Shown piece after piece: positions 9,157-19,331 of a stretch of 64,000 bases of DNA. The notes under the pieces were generated by a model that saw only the letters and a program-made list of their open reading frames with translations, searched no databases and was not told where the DNA came from. Source of the stretch: a virus; the IMG/VR virus record IMGVR_UViG_3300032011_003089, positions 4,930 through 68,929 of that record; one strand, given 5' to 3'. How positions within the stretch are numbered: the stretch's first letter is position 1; each line of letters begins with the position of its first letter. The translations under genes and the position numbers were made by a program.

Positions 9157-10650
9157 ATGAATGGTTTATATTCCCTACAAATAGAGCGACATGTGCTTGG
9201 GGGGTTAATCAGACATCAAGATGTTTTCGCAGAAATCGACGCTTTTGTAAGTGAAAAGGACTTTTTTAACGACGTCCATTACACTATCTTCAGCGTTATA
9301 AAAAACTGCGTATACAATCAAAAGAAAATCGACAAAGTTCTTTTAGCAAATCAAATTAAAGAACTTGGAGTATCTTTCAAAGATGATATTAATATCTATG
9401 ATTATATTGAGAACCTCTCATTCACGCAAATAACAAAACACGCAACACTCGACGCCTGTAAAGAATTAGTAAAATACAGAGTGCGACGAGAGATAGCCGC
9501 GACGGCGGAAAAAATTAAAGACGAAGTAAAACAGTGCGGAGAAAAAGGTATTGACGAAATCGTATCCGCTTGCGATTCTATCTATAACGATAAAATCGAA
9601 CAGTACGGCAACGAAGAAAAGCCTGAGAAACTTACCGACGGCTTAATGGAGCTTCTTGAAGAGACTGGCAACGACCCCCAAGATGAATTTGGGTTTGCTA
9701 GTCCTTACCCAGAGTTCAATAGAATGTACGGCGGCTTTAGAGCTGGGCACGTTTACGCTATTGCTTCTAGACCGGGTGAAGGTAAAAGTACATGGCTTAA
9801 CGACGTGTGCTTTAAGGTAGCTGAACAGTCAGGGATTAAAGCCCTGCTTTTAGATACGGAAATGTTAACGAAAGAAATTAAATTTAGATTATTATCTTCA
9901 CTAACTTCCGTACCAACTTGGTACTTAGAGACTGGCAACTGGAGAAAGAACCCAGACTATTATGACCAAGTAAGAAAGGCGGAAGATAGAATTAAACAAA
10001 ACAGAGACTTCTATCATTACCATGCGGGAAACAAAAACGTAGACCAAATTTGCTCAATGATTAGAAGGTGGTACTATAACGAAGTTGGTCGCGGGAATAA
10101 ATGCCTTATCGCTTATGACTATGTAAAGCTAACGGGTGAAAAAGTAGGCCAAAATTGGGCAGAGTACCAAGCTATTGGAGACAAAATCCAAAAACTTAAA
10201 GAGGTATCTGAGGAGGTAAACGCACCCCTGCTTACGGCAATGCAATTAAACAGGTCTGGTGAAAATAGAAATAGAAATTCATCCAATCTTGTAGACGATA
10301 GCTCTGCAATATCTTTATCTGATAGGCTACAATGGTTTGCTGCGTTCGTGGGCATCTTCAGGCGCAAGACTCTAGACGAAGTAGCTCTTGACGGAGAAGA
10401 CTTTGGAACTCACAAGCTTATCCCAGTTAAAACTAGGTTCCAAGGTAAAGACGCTATGGGCCATCAAGACTTCCTTCAGAGGGTGTTTCCAGACGGCTCC
10501 GAACGTTATCAGATGAACTATCTTAACTTTGATATTCACAACTTTAACATTGAAGAGAAAGGTTCGTTGAGACACATTTGCGAAAGAGCCAGAGAGACAT
10601 ACGAGCTAGAAGGAGGTAGCTCCGAAAATCCAACTGACGCAGTATTGTGA
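9157..10650 (+). CDS. dnaB: Replicative DNA helicase
   Basis: DnaB N-domain (ERHVLGGL, DFF..VH..IF), Walker A ASRPGEGKST, DTEM, YDYVKL, AMQLNRS, KTRF. Confidence 0.92.
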   Translation: MNGLYSLQIERHVLGGLIRHQDVFAEIDAFVSEKDFFNDVHYTIFSVIKNCVYNQKKIDKVLLANQIKELGVSFKDDINIYDYIENLSFTQITKHATLDACKELVKYRVRREIAATAEKIKDEVKQCGEKGIDEIVSACDSIYNDKIEQYGNEEKPEKLTDGLMELLEETGNDPQDEFGFASPYPEFNRMYGGFRAGHVYAIASRPGEGKSTWLNDVCFKVAEQSGIKALLLDTEMLTKEIKFRLLSSLTSVPTWYLETGNWRKNPDYYDQVRKAEDRIKQNRDFYHYHAGNKNVDQICSMIRRWYYNEVGRGNKCLIAYDYVKLTGEKVGQNWAEYQAIGDKIQKLKEVSEEVNAPLLTAMQLNRSGENRNRNSSNLVDDSSAISLSDRLQWFAAFVGIFRRKTLDEVALDGEDFGTHKLIPVKTRFQGKDAMGHQDFLQRVFPDGSERYQMNYLNFDIHNFNIEEKGSLRHICERARETYELEGGSSENPTDAVL

Positions 10651-11579
10651 CGGACATAAAAGAAATGCTTTACGAGCTTGGGTATTCTAACATATCTGAG
10701 TATCCGAAAGAGTACAGGACTCGCCCGATATATAGGGAGTCCGACAATAACACCGTGCTTAGAGTAGATAAAACCACGGGCAGATTCGTGGACTTTGCCG
10801 AAAACATTTCAGGTAGCTTCGAGGACTTGGTTAAACTCACATTGAAAATGACCTCTATAAACGACGCTCAGAAATGGGTATCCTCAAAAGGTCAATCCCA
10901 AGGCGAAGCCAAAGTAACAATTGTTAAGCCAGAAATTAAATCACCAAAAGTATTCAACAAGAGCTGCTTGAACAAACTGGTTAGCAATCACATTTACTGG
11001 CAAAACCGAGGCGTATCCGAAGAGACCATGAGTCAGTTCAAAGGAGGAATCATAGGGGAAGGTAAAATGAAAAACCGCTATGTCTTCCCCATCTTTGATG
11101 CAAAGAATAGACTAGTGGGCGTTTCAGGAAGATACACAAAAGAAATTAAATACGATAGCATTCCGAAGTGGAAACATATAGGAGATAAATACGCTTGGAA
11201 ATATCCACTATTTTTGAATCACGAAATCATTAGAAAACAAGGTAGCGTATTCTTGGTAGAAAGCATCGGGGACATGCTTGCTCTTTGGGAGGTTGGGGTC
11301 AAAAACTCCATAGTAACATTCGGTTTAGATATAAGCTCTGCTATTATGGGCACTCTGTTAAGGTTTGACTTAAGTAAGGTTTATATATCGTTTAACAATG
11401 ACTCCCAAAAAAACAGCAGAGGCAACATGGCCGCTGAAAAAGCTCAAAAGAAATTATTAAATCATTTTGACCCAAACCAAATAGAAGTCAAGCTTCCAAC
11501 TAAGAATGACTTCGGGGACATGACTAAAGAGGAAATCAAAACATGGCTAAAACAAAATACATCTCAGCGTCTAGGATGA
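10647..11579 (+). CDS. dnaG: DNA primase (TOPRIM), atypical
   Basis: YWQNRG, RYVFPIFD..LVGVSGR, PKW, LVESIGD, KNDFGDM; follows dnaB. N-terminal Zn ligands are missing. Confidence 0.8.
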   Translation: MTDIKEMLYELGYSNISEYPKEYRTRPIYRESDNNTVLRVDKTTGRFVDFAENISGSFEDLVKLTLKMTSINDAQKWVSSKGQSQGEAKVTIVKPEIKSPKVFNKSCLNKLVSNHIYWQNRGVSEETMSQFKGGIIGEGKMKNRYVFPIFDAKNRLVGVSGRYTKEIKYDSIPKWKHIGDKYAWKYPLFLNHEIIRKQGSVFLVESIGDMLALWEVGVKNSIVTFGLDISSAIMGTLLRFDLSKVYISFNNDSQKNSRGNMAAEKAQKKLLNHFDPNQIEVKLPTKNDFGDMTKEEIKTWLKQNTSQRLG

Positions 11580-12529
11580 AGACTTTGGAGACTTGCTCGT
11601 GGTTATACTACGGCAAGTACCACCTAAATCTCCCAGACAAAACTAATGACGGAGCTATCCGAGGCACTATCTGCCACCTAGTCTTCGAGCTGCTTCTTGA
11701 AGAGAAGCATCGCAAGCATTACGATAAGATTATGGACGGCAAGTGTACAGAAGCGTCTGAGGCCGTCACTCGTTTGGTTGTTAAGCATCTCAAAAAACAA
11801 GAAGCTTTCAACGAAGAAAACTTCGAGTTATGCATGGACATGATTGTTGTGGGTCTTAAGTTCGACTTTTTCTGTGAAGGTTCAGAGCTTGGAGAGTCAG
11901 AGCTTAGGTTCGAAGTTTATAATGAGGAGCCCGAATACAAAATCATGGGCTTCATCGACAAGCACGCTATATACGACGATGAAGAAAAGACTATTAAAAT
12001 CGTAGATTACAAGTCTAGCAAAGCTAAATTCAGAGGCGACGATTTAACATCGAACGTGCAGGGCATGATGTACTCCTTGGCTGCTCGCCATAAGTGGCCA
12101 GAAGCTAAACGTAGACTAGTTCAATTCTTATTTATAAGATTTCCTCGCCAGCCCCTTCAAGAGTTAGAGTTTTCAGATGCCGAACTTAACGGATTCGAAC
12201 AGCATCTTGCATCAGTATACCAAGTTATAAATAACTTTAATTATGAATACGCGAAAACAAATTTCGCCAAAGACAACCCAAAGAATAACTGGCTTTGCGG
12301 AAGAGGTAAATGGGTTTGCCCTCATAAAAACCCATATGATTACTATGTTGTACTTGACAAAAACGAAAGAGTAGTGCATACTAGTTATAACGATGATTTT
12401 GAGAACCTCAAAGAAGGACAGACAGTCGAGGAAAGGCACTACGAAGGTTGCCCTCGATTTTACTCAGCGGCAAACAAGAAAGAAGACCCGTTTGAGATAG
12501 ACTCAACAGAAGACCCATTTGATTTTTAA
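11543..12529 (+). CDS. PD-(D/E)XK exonuclease (RecB/Cas4-like)
   Basis: SASR..T..TC, RGTICH..FE, GFIDK, IVDYKS, Q..MY, C-terminal Cys residues. Confidence 0.85.
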   Translation: MAKTKYISASRMKTLETCSWLYYGKYHLNLPDKTNDGAIRGTICHLVFELLLEEKHRKHYDKIMDGKCTEASEAVTRLVVKHLKKQEAFNEENFELCMDMIVVGLKFDFFCEGSELGESELRFEVYNEEPEYKIMGFIDKHAIYDDEEKTIKIVDYKSSKAKFRGDDLTSNVQGMMYSLAARHKWPEAKRRLVQFLFIRFPRQPLQELEFSDAELNGFEQHLASVYQVINNFNYEYAKTNFAKDNPKNNWLCGRGKWVCPHKNPYDYYVVLDKNERVVHTSYNDDFENLKEGQTVEERHYEGCPRFYSAANKKEDPFEIDSTEDPFDF

Positions 12530-13278
12530 TGATACCCTTGTTCAAATCTCATTATTCGATTGGAAAGTCAATCCTCACTCTTAAAGAGAAAGGCTCCTCC
12601 ATCAAGAACGGCCCACAATCAGTCATTGATTTATGCGTTGCTAGTGATATCAAAGATATGTATTTAGTTGACGATTCAATGTCGGGCTTCTTGGAGGGAT
12701 ACTTAAATTCTAAGAGCGCAGGGTTAAATTTTAGATTCGGACTAAGAATCAGCGTATGCGATGACCTAGAAGAGAAGTCCGAAGGAGCTTTACACAAGAC
12801 CTCTAAAGTGGTTATTTTCGCAAACTCTCAAGAGGGCTACAAATCCTTAATTAAAATGTATACCTTGGCCGCGCAAAAAGGTTTTTACTACGAACCCCGC
12901 CTTGACTACAAAACCCTAGCTAGGCTTTGGGATAACGATAACCTTACATTAATGATTCCATTTTACGATTCATTTCTTTATAAGAACGCTATGTGCGCTG
13001 GGGTATGCGTGCCTGACTTCAAATTTACCAAGCCCGTTTTCTCAGTGGAAGAAAACGATGTCCCGTTCAACTTTCTCCTAGAAGAAGATATTAAAAAATA
13101 CACAGGAGGTAAGTATGAAACGGTAAAAACAAAAAGTATTTATTACAATAAGAAAGAAGACTTTAAGGCTTATTTAACTTTTCGCTGTATCAATAATAGA
13201 ACAACCTTAGACAAACCAAACCTAGACCACATGACTAGTGACGAGTTCTGCTTGGAGGCTTACAATGGTTCCGTTTAA
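12529..13278 (+). CDS. Stand-alone PHP domain of DNA polymerase III alpha (N-terminal part of split DnaE)
   Basis: FKSHYSIGKSIL, DDSMSGF, FRFGL, FANSQEGYKSLIK, GFYYEPRLD match DnaE PHP segments. Confidence 0.8.
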   Translation: MIPLFKSHYSIGKSILTLKEKGSSIKNGPQSVIDLCVASDIKDMYLVDDSMSGFLEGYLNSKSAGLNFRFGLRISVCDDLEEKSEGALHKTSKVVIFANSQEGYKSLIKMYTLAAQKGFYYEPRLDYKTLARLWDNDNLTLMIPFYDSFLYKNAMCAGVCVPDFKFTKPVFSVEENDVPFNFLLEEDIKKYTGGKYETVKTKSIYYNKKEDFKAYLTFRCINNRTTLDKPNLDHMTSDEFCLEAYNGSV

Positions 13279-13630
13279 TCCAAAAAAAGTAAATAAAGAT
13301 TGGGGGCACGAAACATGGTTAGCCAATAACGAGGGGGAAGATTACTGCGGTAAAATCCTCTTCATCAGAAAGGGCCGCTCAACCTCTATGCATTACCACA
13401 TAGACAAGCACGAAACGTTTTACGTGGTAGAAGGAACTCTTAGAGTAGACATGCTGAAGGATAAAGAGAATCCCGACGCGCACCCATTTACTATGACAGC
13501 TAAACAGGGCGAAAGCATGGAGATGGAAAGAGGGCAAGCTCACAAGCTTATGGCGACAGATAGAGACGTTACGCTGATTGAAATTAGCAAGTTCCACAGA
13601 GACGAAGACAGCCACAGACTTTACAAATAA
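13265..13630 (+). CDS. Cupin (mannose-6-phosphate isomerase-like)
   Basis: KxWGxE, YCGKIL, SMHYH..KHETFYV, AHKL, IEIS. Confidence 0.8.
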   Translation: MVPFNPKKVNKDWGHETWLANNEGEDYCGKILFIRKGRSTSMHYHIDKHETFYVVEGTLRVDMLKDKENPDAHPFTMTAKQGESMEMERGQAHKLMATDRDVTLIEISKFHRDEDSHRLYK

Positions 13631-13631
13631 T

Positions 13632-14270
13632 ATGGACGAGCACTTACTTAGATTCGATAAAGAGAAAGAATACGTTTTCATTGACTGTGAAACTTTAAAT
13701 CTTTGCTTGCATTACTGCCACAACTTACCTTGGCAGATTGCGATGATTAAAGCTAAGGGTGACAATAAGATAGAAGAGAAAGACTTCTTTATAAAATGGG
13801 ATACCGAATTAAAGATTAGTGATGATGCGGCAAGGATTACTAGGTTTGACCCGAAGGTAATCGAAAGAAAGGGTGTTGCCCCAGAGGAGATTTTTCCAAC
13901 TATGAAAGATTGGTTGGATAATGCAGACTATATCGTAGGTCACAATATCCTAGGCTTCGACATTTACTTAATTAAGGAATATTATAAAAAGATGGGCGAA
14001 AGTTGCAGCCACCTTTACAGCAAAATTATTGACACGCATTCAGTTGCGAAAGGGTACAAGCTCGGGCTACCTTATAAGAGTGGCGATTCGTTTTTGAAGT
14101 ATCAATACTCCGCAGCATACAAGAAAAAGAAGGGGGTCAAAACCAGCCTATTAGCATTGGGCAAGGAATTTAATATAGAGCACGATTACGGAAAGCTCCA
14201 TAACGCGTTAGTGGACTTAGAGCTTAATTTGAAAATCTGGAATAAGTTGAAATGGAATGTGGAGGTATAA
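13632..14270 (+). CDS. DEDDh 3'-5' exonuclease (DnaQ/epsilon-like)
   Basis: ExoI FIDCET, ExoII GHNILGFD, ExoIII LHNALVD. Stop overlaps the dnaE start (TAATG). Confidence 0.88.
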   Translation: MDEHLLRFDKEKEYVFIDCETLNLCLHYCHNLPWQIAMIKAKGDNKIEEKDFFIKWDTELKISDDAARITRFDPKVIERKGVAPEEIFPTMKDWLDNADYIVGHNILGFDIYLIKEYYKKMGESCSHLYSKIIDTHSVAKGYKLGLPYKSGDSFLKYQYSAAYKKKKGVKTSLLALGKEFNIEHDYGKLHNALVDLELNLKIWNKLKWNVEV

Positions 14271-16816
14271 TGTTTACAGATAAGTTTAATAATTATGATT
14301 TAGATATTCACGGAGTTCGGTTGCCGAAATTCGAAATTGATAAACGACACAAGCATGAAGCATTAGTTAGTGAGGACTGTAGTAACTACGACTTCCTAAG
14401 GCAGCTATCTTTGAACGGCTTCAAAGACCTAGGCATTAGAAAAGGCACAAAGCTCTATAACAAATACGTAGAAAGAGCCAGATACGAACTAGACACTCTC
14501 AAGGATTTAGGATTTATTGATTATACTTTATTAGTTTGGGATGTTATTAACTACTGTAAAGAAAACGATATCCCCACGGGGCTTGGCCGAGGCTCCGCTG
14601 CTGGCAGCTTGATTCTATTCCTTATTGGAGTAACTGGAATAGACCCAGTTAAGCATGACTTATACTTCGAGAGATTCGTATCTAAGATTCGAGCTAAGAA
14701 AAAAGTGGTTGATGGAGTCACCTATCTAGACGGCTCACTAATGTGCGATGTAGACTTGGACATCTGCTATTATCGGCGTGGAGATGTCATAAAGTATCTA
14801 GAAGAAAAGTTTACAGGCAGGACAGCTAAGATTATCACCTTAAACACTTTAAGTGGTAAGCTGCTAATGAAAGAGTGCGGCAAAATTGTAGCCGCAAAAA
14901 ACGAAACTGAAATGAACCAAGTTTCAGGATTCATTCCCAAGGTCTTTGGGCAAGTAGCAGACATTGAGGATGCGTATGAAGACGAGGAAAAATTTAAAGA
15001 ATGGTGTGACGAAAACAGAGAGGCGTATGAGGTAGCCTTAAAGTTACGTGGACTAATCAAGAACAAGGGTGTCCACCCGTCCGCCATCTCTCTTTCTTAT
15101 GAAGATATGCTGGATTCTTGCCCAGCAGAATTAACTTCAGCTAAAGACGCGGCGGTTGCCTCGTATGATATGAATTGGATTTCTATATTCAATGTAAAGC
15201 TAGACCTCTTGGGGTTACGCAGCGTATCAGTGGTAGACGATGTATGTAAACAGGTGGGCATTAAAGTAACTGACATAGACTTAGAAGATAAAGCCATTTA
15301 CAGAAGCCTTCAAGACTTCAAGACTCCTCATGGCTGCTTTCAAATTGAAGCAGACACGAATTATAAAGTTTGCCAAAAGGTTATGCCTAAGAGTCTTGAT
15401 GAATTGAGTGCCGTGTTGGCACTGGCACGTCCGGGCGCGATGGCGTTCGTAGACCAATACGCAAGCTATGCGAACAATGACGTTTACGAACCCATCCATC
15501 CTTTCTTTGACGACATCCTAAAGGAAACGGGTGGCGTAGCTCTGTACCAAGAGCAGTTAATGAAAATGGCAAACAAAATCGGCTTCACACTTGATGAAGC
15601 GGAATTGCTAAGACGAATCGTAGGAAAGAAGAAGAGGACGGAAGTAACCAAATGGAAGAAAAAGATTAAAGATAAAATCAAAGAGCAAGATTTAGACCCT
15701 GAAATAGGCGATATCCTCTGGCAGATTCTTGAGGACTCAGCCAACTATTCATTCAACAAGTCTCACAGCGTTAGTTATGCTGCGCTCGCGGCCTCAACAG
15801 TTTATCTTAAATTTAAACATCCCAAACAGTTCTTTTTATCCCTCTTAAAAATGACTCGGCATGAACCCGACCCCATCGCTGAAATCTCCAAGATTCATCA
15901 AGAGATGGATTTGTTCAATATTAAATTGCTACCACCCCATCTCACAAAATCTGAAATGGATTTCACCATCGAAGGGGACAATATTCGGTTTGGGCTACTC
16001 TCGATTAAGGGTATCTCCGAAAAGTCGATTGAGAAAATTAACAACTTTAAAGATATATACGCAAACAAATTTGAAATCTTCAAAGCAGCAGAAGAAGCCA
16101 AGCTGAATATCGGTGTGCTTTCCGCGTTGATTCAAGCTGGAGCCTTACAGGAGGGGGTCGAACAGGGAAGAAGTAAGGTGGTTTTGGAAGCGCAGCTCTG
16201 GAACCTGCTGACATCCAGAGAGAAAAAGTACGTTCTTAACTTGGGTGAAAAGATGAAGTTCGATTTGGTGGAAATCTTAAAGTTCCTCATAAGATTCAAA
16301 GACGAAAAAAACAAAGTAGTAATCAAAGAATCTAGGTATGAGACTATTAAGAAAAAGTACAAGCCATATTTAAACATATATATGCTTAATTCTAAAGCTG
16401 AAAATTTCGCTAATTGGTACTACGAGAAAATGCTTCTGGGTTATACTTACAATAAAACGCTTATAGATATCTTCTCTGAAAAGCGTAAAGACTTACAGGG
16501 CATAAGAGAAATCATGGAACTGCCAGAACGCGTCAATACGGCCTTTATAGGGCGCGTAGAGGACGTTTGGAAGGGGAAGTCCCGTGCGGGTAACAAGTAC
16601 CTTAAAATCGAAGTCTCGGACGAAACAGGCACCATACAGGCCCTCATATTCAACGATAATATAGATAAGTGCGAAAGCATGAATAGCGGCCTCCCAGAAA
16701 AGAAAAATATCGTAATAGTAAAGGGCCGCAAGACCGATGGTGATGCAGTATTCGCCAACATGATTGGCGTGCAAGACCAAAAAGTATACACAAAGTTATC
16801 AGAATTAAAATCTTGA
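14270..16816 (+). CDS. dnaE: DNA polymerase III alpha catalytic subunit lacking PHP domain
   Basis: GRGSAAGSL, LYFERF, DVDLD, GVHPSA, VKLDLLGL, YQEQLM, YSFNKSH, IRFGLLSIKG, C-terminal OB fold. GGAGGT SD before ATG 14270. Confidence 0.93.
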   Translation: MFTDKFNNYDLDIHGVRLPKFEIDKRHKHEALVSEDCSNYDFLRQLSLNGFKDLGIRKGTKLYNKYVERARYELDTLKDLGFIDYTLLVWDVINYCKENDIPTGLGRGSAAGSLILFLIGVTGIDPVKHDLYFERFVSKIRAKKKVVDGVTYLDGSLMCDVDLDICYYRRGDVIKYLEEKFTGRTAKIITLNTLSGKLLMKECGKIVAAKNETEMNQVSGFIPKVFGQVADIEDAYEDEEKFKEWCDENREAYEVALKLRGLIKNKGVHPSAISLSYEDMLDSCPAELTSAKDAAVASYDMNWISIFNVKLDLLGLRSVSVVDDVCKQVGIKVTDIDLEDKAIYRSLQDFKTPHGCFQIEADTNYKVCQKVMPKSLDELSAVLALARPGAMAFVDQYASYANNDVYEPIHPFFDDILKETGGVALYQEQLMKMANKIGFTLDEAELLRRIVGKKKRTEVTKWKKKIKDKIKEQDLDPEIGDILWQILEDSANYSFNKSHSVSYAALAASTVYLKFKHPKQFFLSLLKMTRHEPDPIAEISKIHQEMDLFNIKLLPPHLTKSEMDFTIEGDNIRFGLLSIKGISEKSIEKINNFKDIYANKFEIFKAAEEAKLNIGVLSALIQAGALQEGVEQGRSKVVLEAQLWNLLTSREKKYVLNLGEKMKFDLVEILKFLIRFKDEKNKVVIKESRYETIKKKYKPYLNIYMLNSKAENFANWYYEKMLLGYTYNKTLIDIFSEKRKDLQGIREIMELPERVNTAFIGRVEDVWKGKSRAGNKYLKIEVSDETGTIQALIFNDNIDKCESMNSGLPEKKNIVIVKGRKTDGDAVFANMIGVQDQKVYTKLSELKS

Positions 16817-16841
16817 CTTTAACCAAAGAAGGGAGTAATAT
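16813..16841 (+). promoter_or_regulatory. sigma70-type promoter TTGACT-17-TAATAT
   Basis: -10 ends 6 nt before ATG 16848. Confidence 0.6.
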
Positions 16842-16847
16842 TAGTAG

Positions 16848-17384
16848 ATGATTCAGTTTTATAAACCTAACGCGAAGATGACGGGTTCTGCCTGTCAGTT
16901 TTATTTAAATAATAAAGATGGCTCGTTCTTCTCAACGCTCATCAAACAAGCGTCTTGGGATGCGGGTAAAAAAACGGGCTCGTTTCAAGCGAATAAAAAA
17001 GACCCAACGAAAAATGTCATCATTAAGTTCAGCCCAAAAGAAATCGCTGGAATTCTAGACGCTATGGAGCGTAACGTGGAGTACAAAGGATACCACAGAA
17101 GCGCACAGCAAACGGTGCAGTTTACATTCGGCCCGTACATGTGGAACGACGAACAGAAGGGCTTCTCTTACTCCGTCTCAAAGCAGGGCAACGAAGACAC
17201 AACGCAAAAAGCATCTTTCTTAATTGGGTTTTATTTTGATGAAGCTAAACTTCTAAAGATGCATTTAGAGTCTCTACTCAACAAGCACTTTGATATTGAA
17301 GAAGCCAAGTATGCTGAAAAGCAAGCGCAACAAGTCAGGTCTCCCCAACAAACTCAAACCCAAGTAGACGATGAAGCTTGGTAG
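16848..17384 (+). CDS. Putative single-stranded DNA-binding protein
   Basis: Beta-rich aromatic core, Gln-rich linker and acidic-aromatic tail (VDDEAW) like SSB C-termini; next to dnaE. Family not recognised. Confidence 0.45.
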   Translation: MIQFYKPNAKMTGSACQFYLNNKDGSFFSTLIKQASWDAGKKTGSFQANKKDPTKNVIIKFSPKEIAGILDAMERNVEYKGYHRSAQQTVQFTFGPYMWNDEQKGFSYSVSKQGNEDTTQKASFLIGFYFDEAKLLKMHLESLLNKHFDIEEAKYAEKQAQQVRSPQQTQTQVDDEAW

Positions 17385-19322
17385 ATGAAGAGGAAGGTCT
17401 TATTTCAAAGCGATTATTCGCTAGCAAAGACTGGCTTTGGCAGAAACGCCAGAGCCATACTTTCTTATCTATACAAAACAGGTAAATACGAACTAGTCCA
17501 TTACTGTTGTGGTGCGCCTCACACAGCTCCCTTCCTAGAGAAAACCCCTTGGAAATCTATAGGTACGCTCCCCGACAACGACGCGGAAAGAGAGAATGTA
17601 GAAAGAGACCCAAACCTAGCGAAGACAGCGGCTTATGGAGAGTATTATCTAGACAAGGTAATCAAAGAAGAAAAGCCAGATGTTTATATAGCTGCCCAAG
17701 ATATTTGGGGCGTAGACTTCGCAGCAAAGAAGCCTTGGTTTGATAAGATTAACTCCGTACTTTGGACGACCCTAGACTCTTTGCCTATTTTACCCGTAGC
17801 GGTGGACGTTGCTAAGAAGGCGAAGAACTATTGGATTTGGAGTAACTTCGCCACAAAAGAAATGCACAAGATGGGTCATGAGCATGTTAAAACTGTTCAT
17901 GGGGCATTGGATACCAATGTCTTTAAAAGGCTGGGCAATAAAAAACGTAGAGAATTAAGAGAGTTCCACAATATAGAAAAAGATGATTTTATCATTGGGT
18001 TTGTATTTAGAAATCAATTGAGGAAAAGCGTACCGAACCTACTTGAAGGGTTCAAAATATTTAAAGAAAACAACCCCAAAGCCGCGAAAGCAAAACTGCT
18101 TCTGCATACCCACTTTAACGAGGGTTGGAATATACCTGACCTCATCACAGAGAAGGGCATAGACCCAAAGGATATTCTAGCAACCTACGTTTGCAAAGAT
18201 TGCCACAAATATAAAATAAACAACTTTGTTGGAGAAGCTTTAAACTGTGTTTTTTGTAAATCTAAAAATAGCGTTAACACGACCAATGTAATGGTTGGAG
18301 TAACAGAAGAAGAGCTTAATGAAATATACAACTTAATGAACGTCTATTGCCACCCGTTTACTTCCGGTGGGCAAGAGATTCCGATTCAAGAAGCTAAACT
18401 GGCTGGGCTTATAACCTTGGTTACTAGTTATAGCTGTGGAGCGGAAATGTGCGAAGAAGAAGCTGCCTCCCTTCCGTTGGATTGGGCTGAGTATAGAGAG
18501 CCTGGTACGCAATTCATCAAAGCTTCCACGAGCCCAGAATCAATAGCTGAACAATTAGCTGCTGTTTTTAATATGCCCCCAAAGCGAAGAGCCAAAATGG
18601 TAAAGAAAGGCAGAGAGTGGGTAAAGGAAAATTTTTCAGTTGAGGCGGTGGGAGGATTTATTGAAGAGTTTATCGACAACGCTCCAAAAGTAGACTTTGA
18701 TTTCTCCAAGGTAGGAGAGAAAGCGGAAAGAGACCCGCACGCATTCGTGCCCCAGCTACAAAACAATAAAGATTGGATTCTAGCTTTGTATAAAAACATA
18801 CTTAAAATGTATGACGTAGACCCCGATAATGAAGGGTTTTTGTATTGGATGGAGCAAATCAAGAAAGGAGCCTCAAGAGAAGAGGTTGAAAAATACTTTA
18901 GGCAAGTAGCCCTTAAAGAGAACAGCGAAAACGAATGGGATAACTTAATTAAAAATAACTTAGAAAAACTATTAGGAAAAGATGACGAAGGCAAAAGGAT
19001 AGTATATGTTATGCCAGAGAGTATCGGGGATATATTTTTATCAACCAGTCTGTTTAGGTCGATAAATGAAACGTATCCAGATTATAACTTATATGTATCC
19101 ACAAAGCCCCAATTTCATTCGGTGTTGAATGGTAACCCATACGTTCATAAGGTAATTCCATACCTTCCAGAAATGGAAAATATTTTATTCCTAGAGGGTA
19201 AAGGCAACCACAAAGGGTTCTTTGAAATTGCATTCATGCCCTTCGCGGCGACACAGAGACAGATGACTTATCCTCACAATGGTAAAGATAAAATAGCGTT
19301 TTCAGATTATAAATACGCTTAA
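17385..19322 (+). CDS. GT4-like glycosyltransferase with Zn-ribbon insert, DUF4214-like domain and GT9-like C-terminus
   Basis: TGFGR, RNQLRK, ELNEIYN...GGQEIPIQEA; CKDC/CVFC; LYKNIL..PDNEGFLYW; SIGDIFLST...NPYVHKVI. Confidence 0.75.
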   Translation: MKRKVLFQSDYSLAKTGFGRNARAILSYLYKTGKYELVHYCCGAPHTAPFLEKTPWKSIGTLPDNDAERENVERDPNLAKTAAYGEYYLDKVIKEEKPDVYIAAQDIWGVDFAAKKPWFDKINSVLWTTLDSLPILPVAVDVAKKAKNYWIWSNFATKEMHKMGHEHVKTVHGALDTNVFKRLGNKKRRELREFHNIEKDDFIIGFVFRNQLRKSVPNLLEGFKIFKENNPKAAKAKLLLHTHFNEGWNIPDLITEKGIDPKDILATYVCKDCHKYKINNFVGEALNCVFCKSKNSVNTTNVMVGVTEEELNEIYNLMNVYCHPFTSGGQEIPIQEAKLAGLITLVTSYSCGAEMCEEEAASLPLDWAEYREPGTQFIKASTSPESIAEQLAAVFNMPPKRRAKMVKKGREWVKENFSVEAVGGFIEEFIDNAPKVDFDFSKVGEKAERDPHAFVPQLQNNKDWILALYKNILKMYDVDPDNEGFLYWMEQIKKGASREEVEKYFRQVALKENSENEWDNLIKNNLEKLLGKDDEGKRIVYVMPESIGDIFLSTSLFRSINETYPDYNLYVSTKPQFHSVLNGNPYVHKVIPYLPEMENILFLEGKGNHKGFFEIAFMPFAATQRQMTYPHNGKDKIAFSDYKYA

Positions 19323-19331
19323 TTATAAATC

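Noticed and set aside
11543-12529. Cas4 / CRISPR-Cas system
   Set aside because: No repeat-spacer array or other cas genes seen; solo Cas4-like nucleases are common in phage replication modules
13240-14330. Split-intein trans-splicing of DnaE
   Set aside because: The PHP gene ends a few residues after FCL with no intein N-domain, and the catalytic gene has no HN-C/S/T junction near its start
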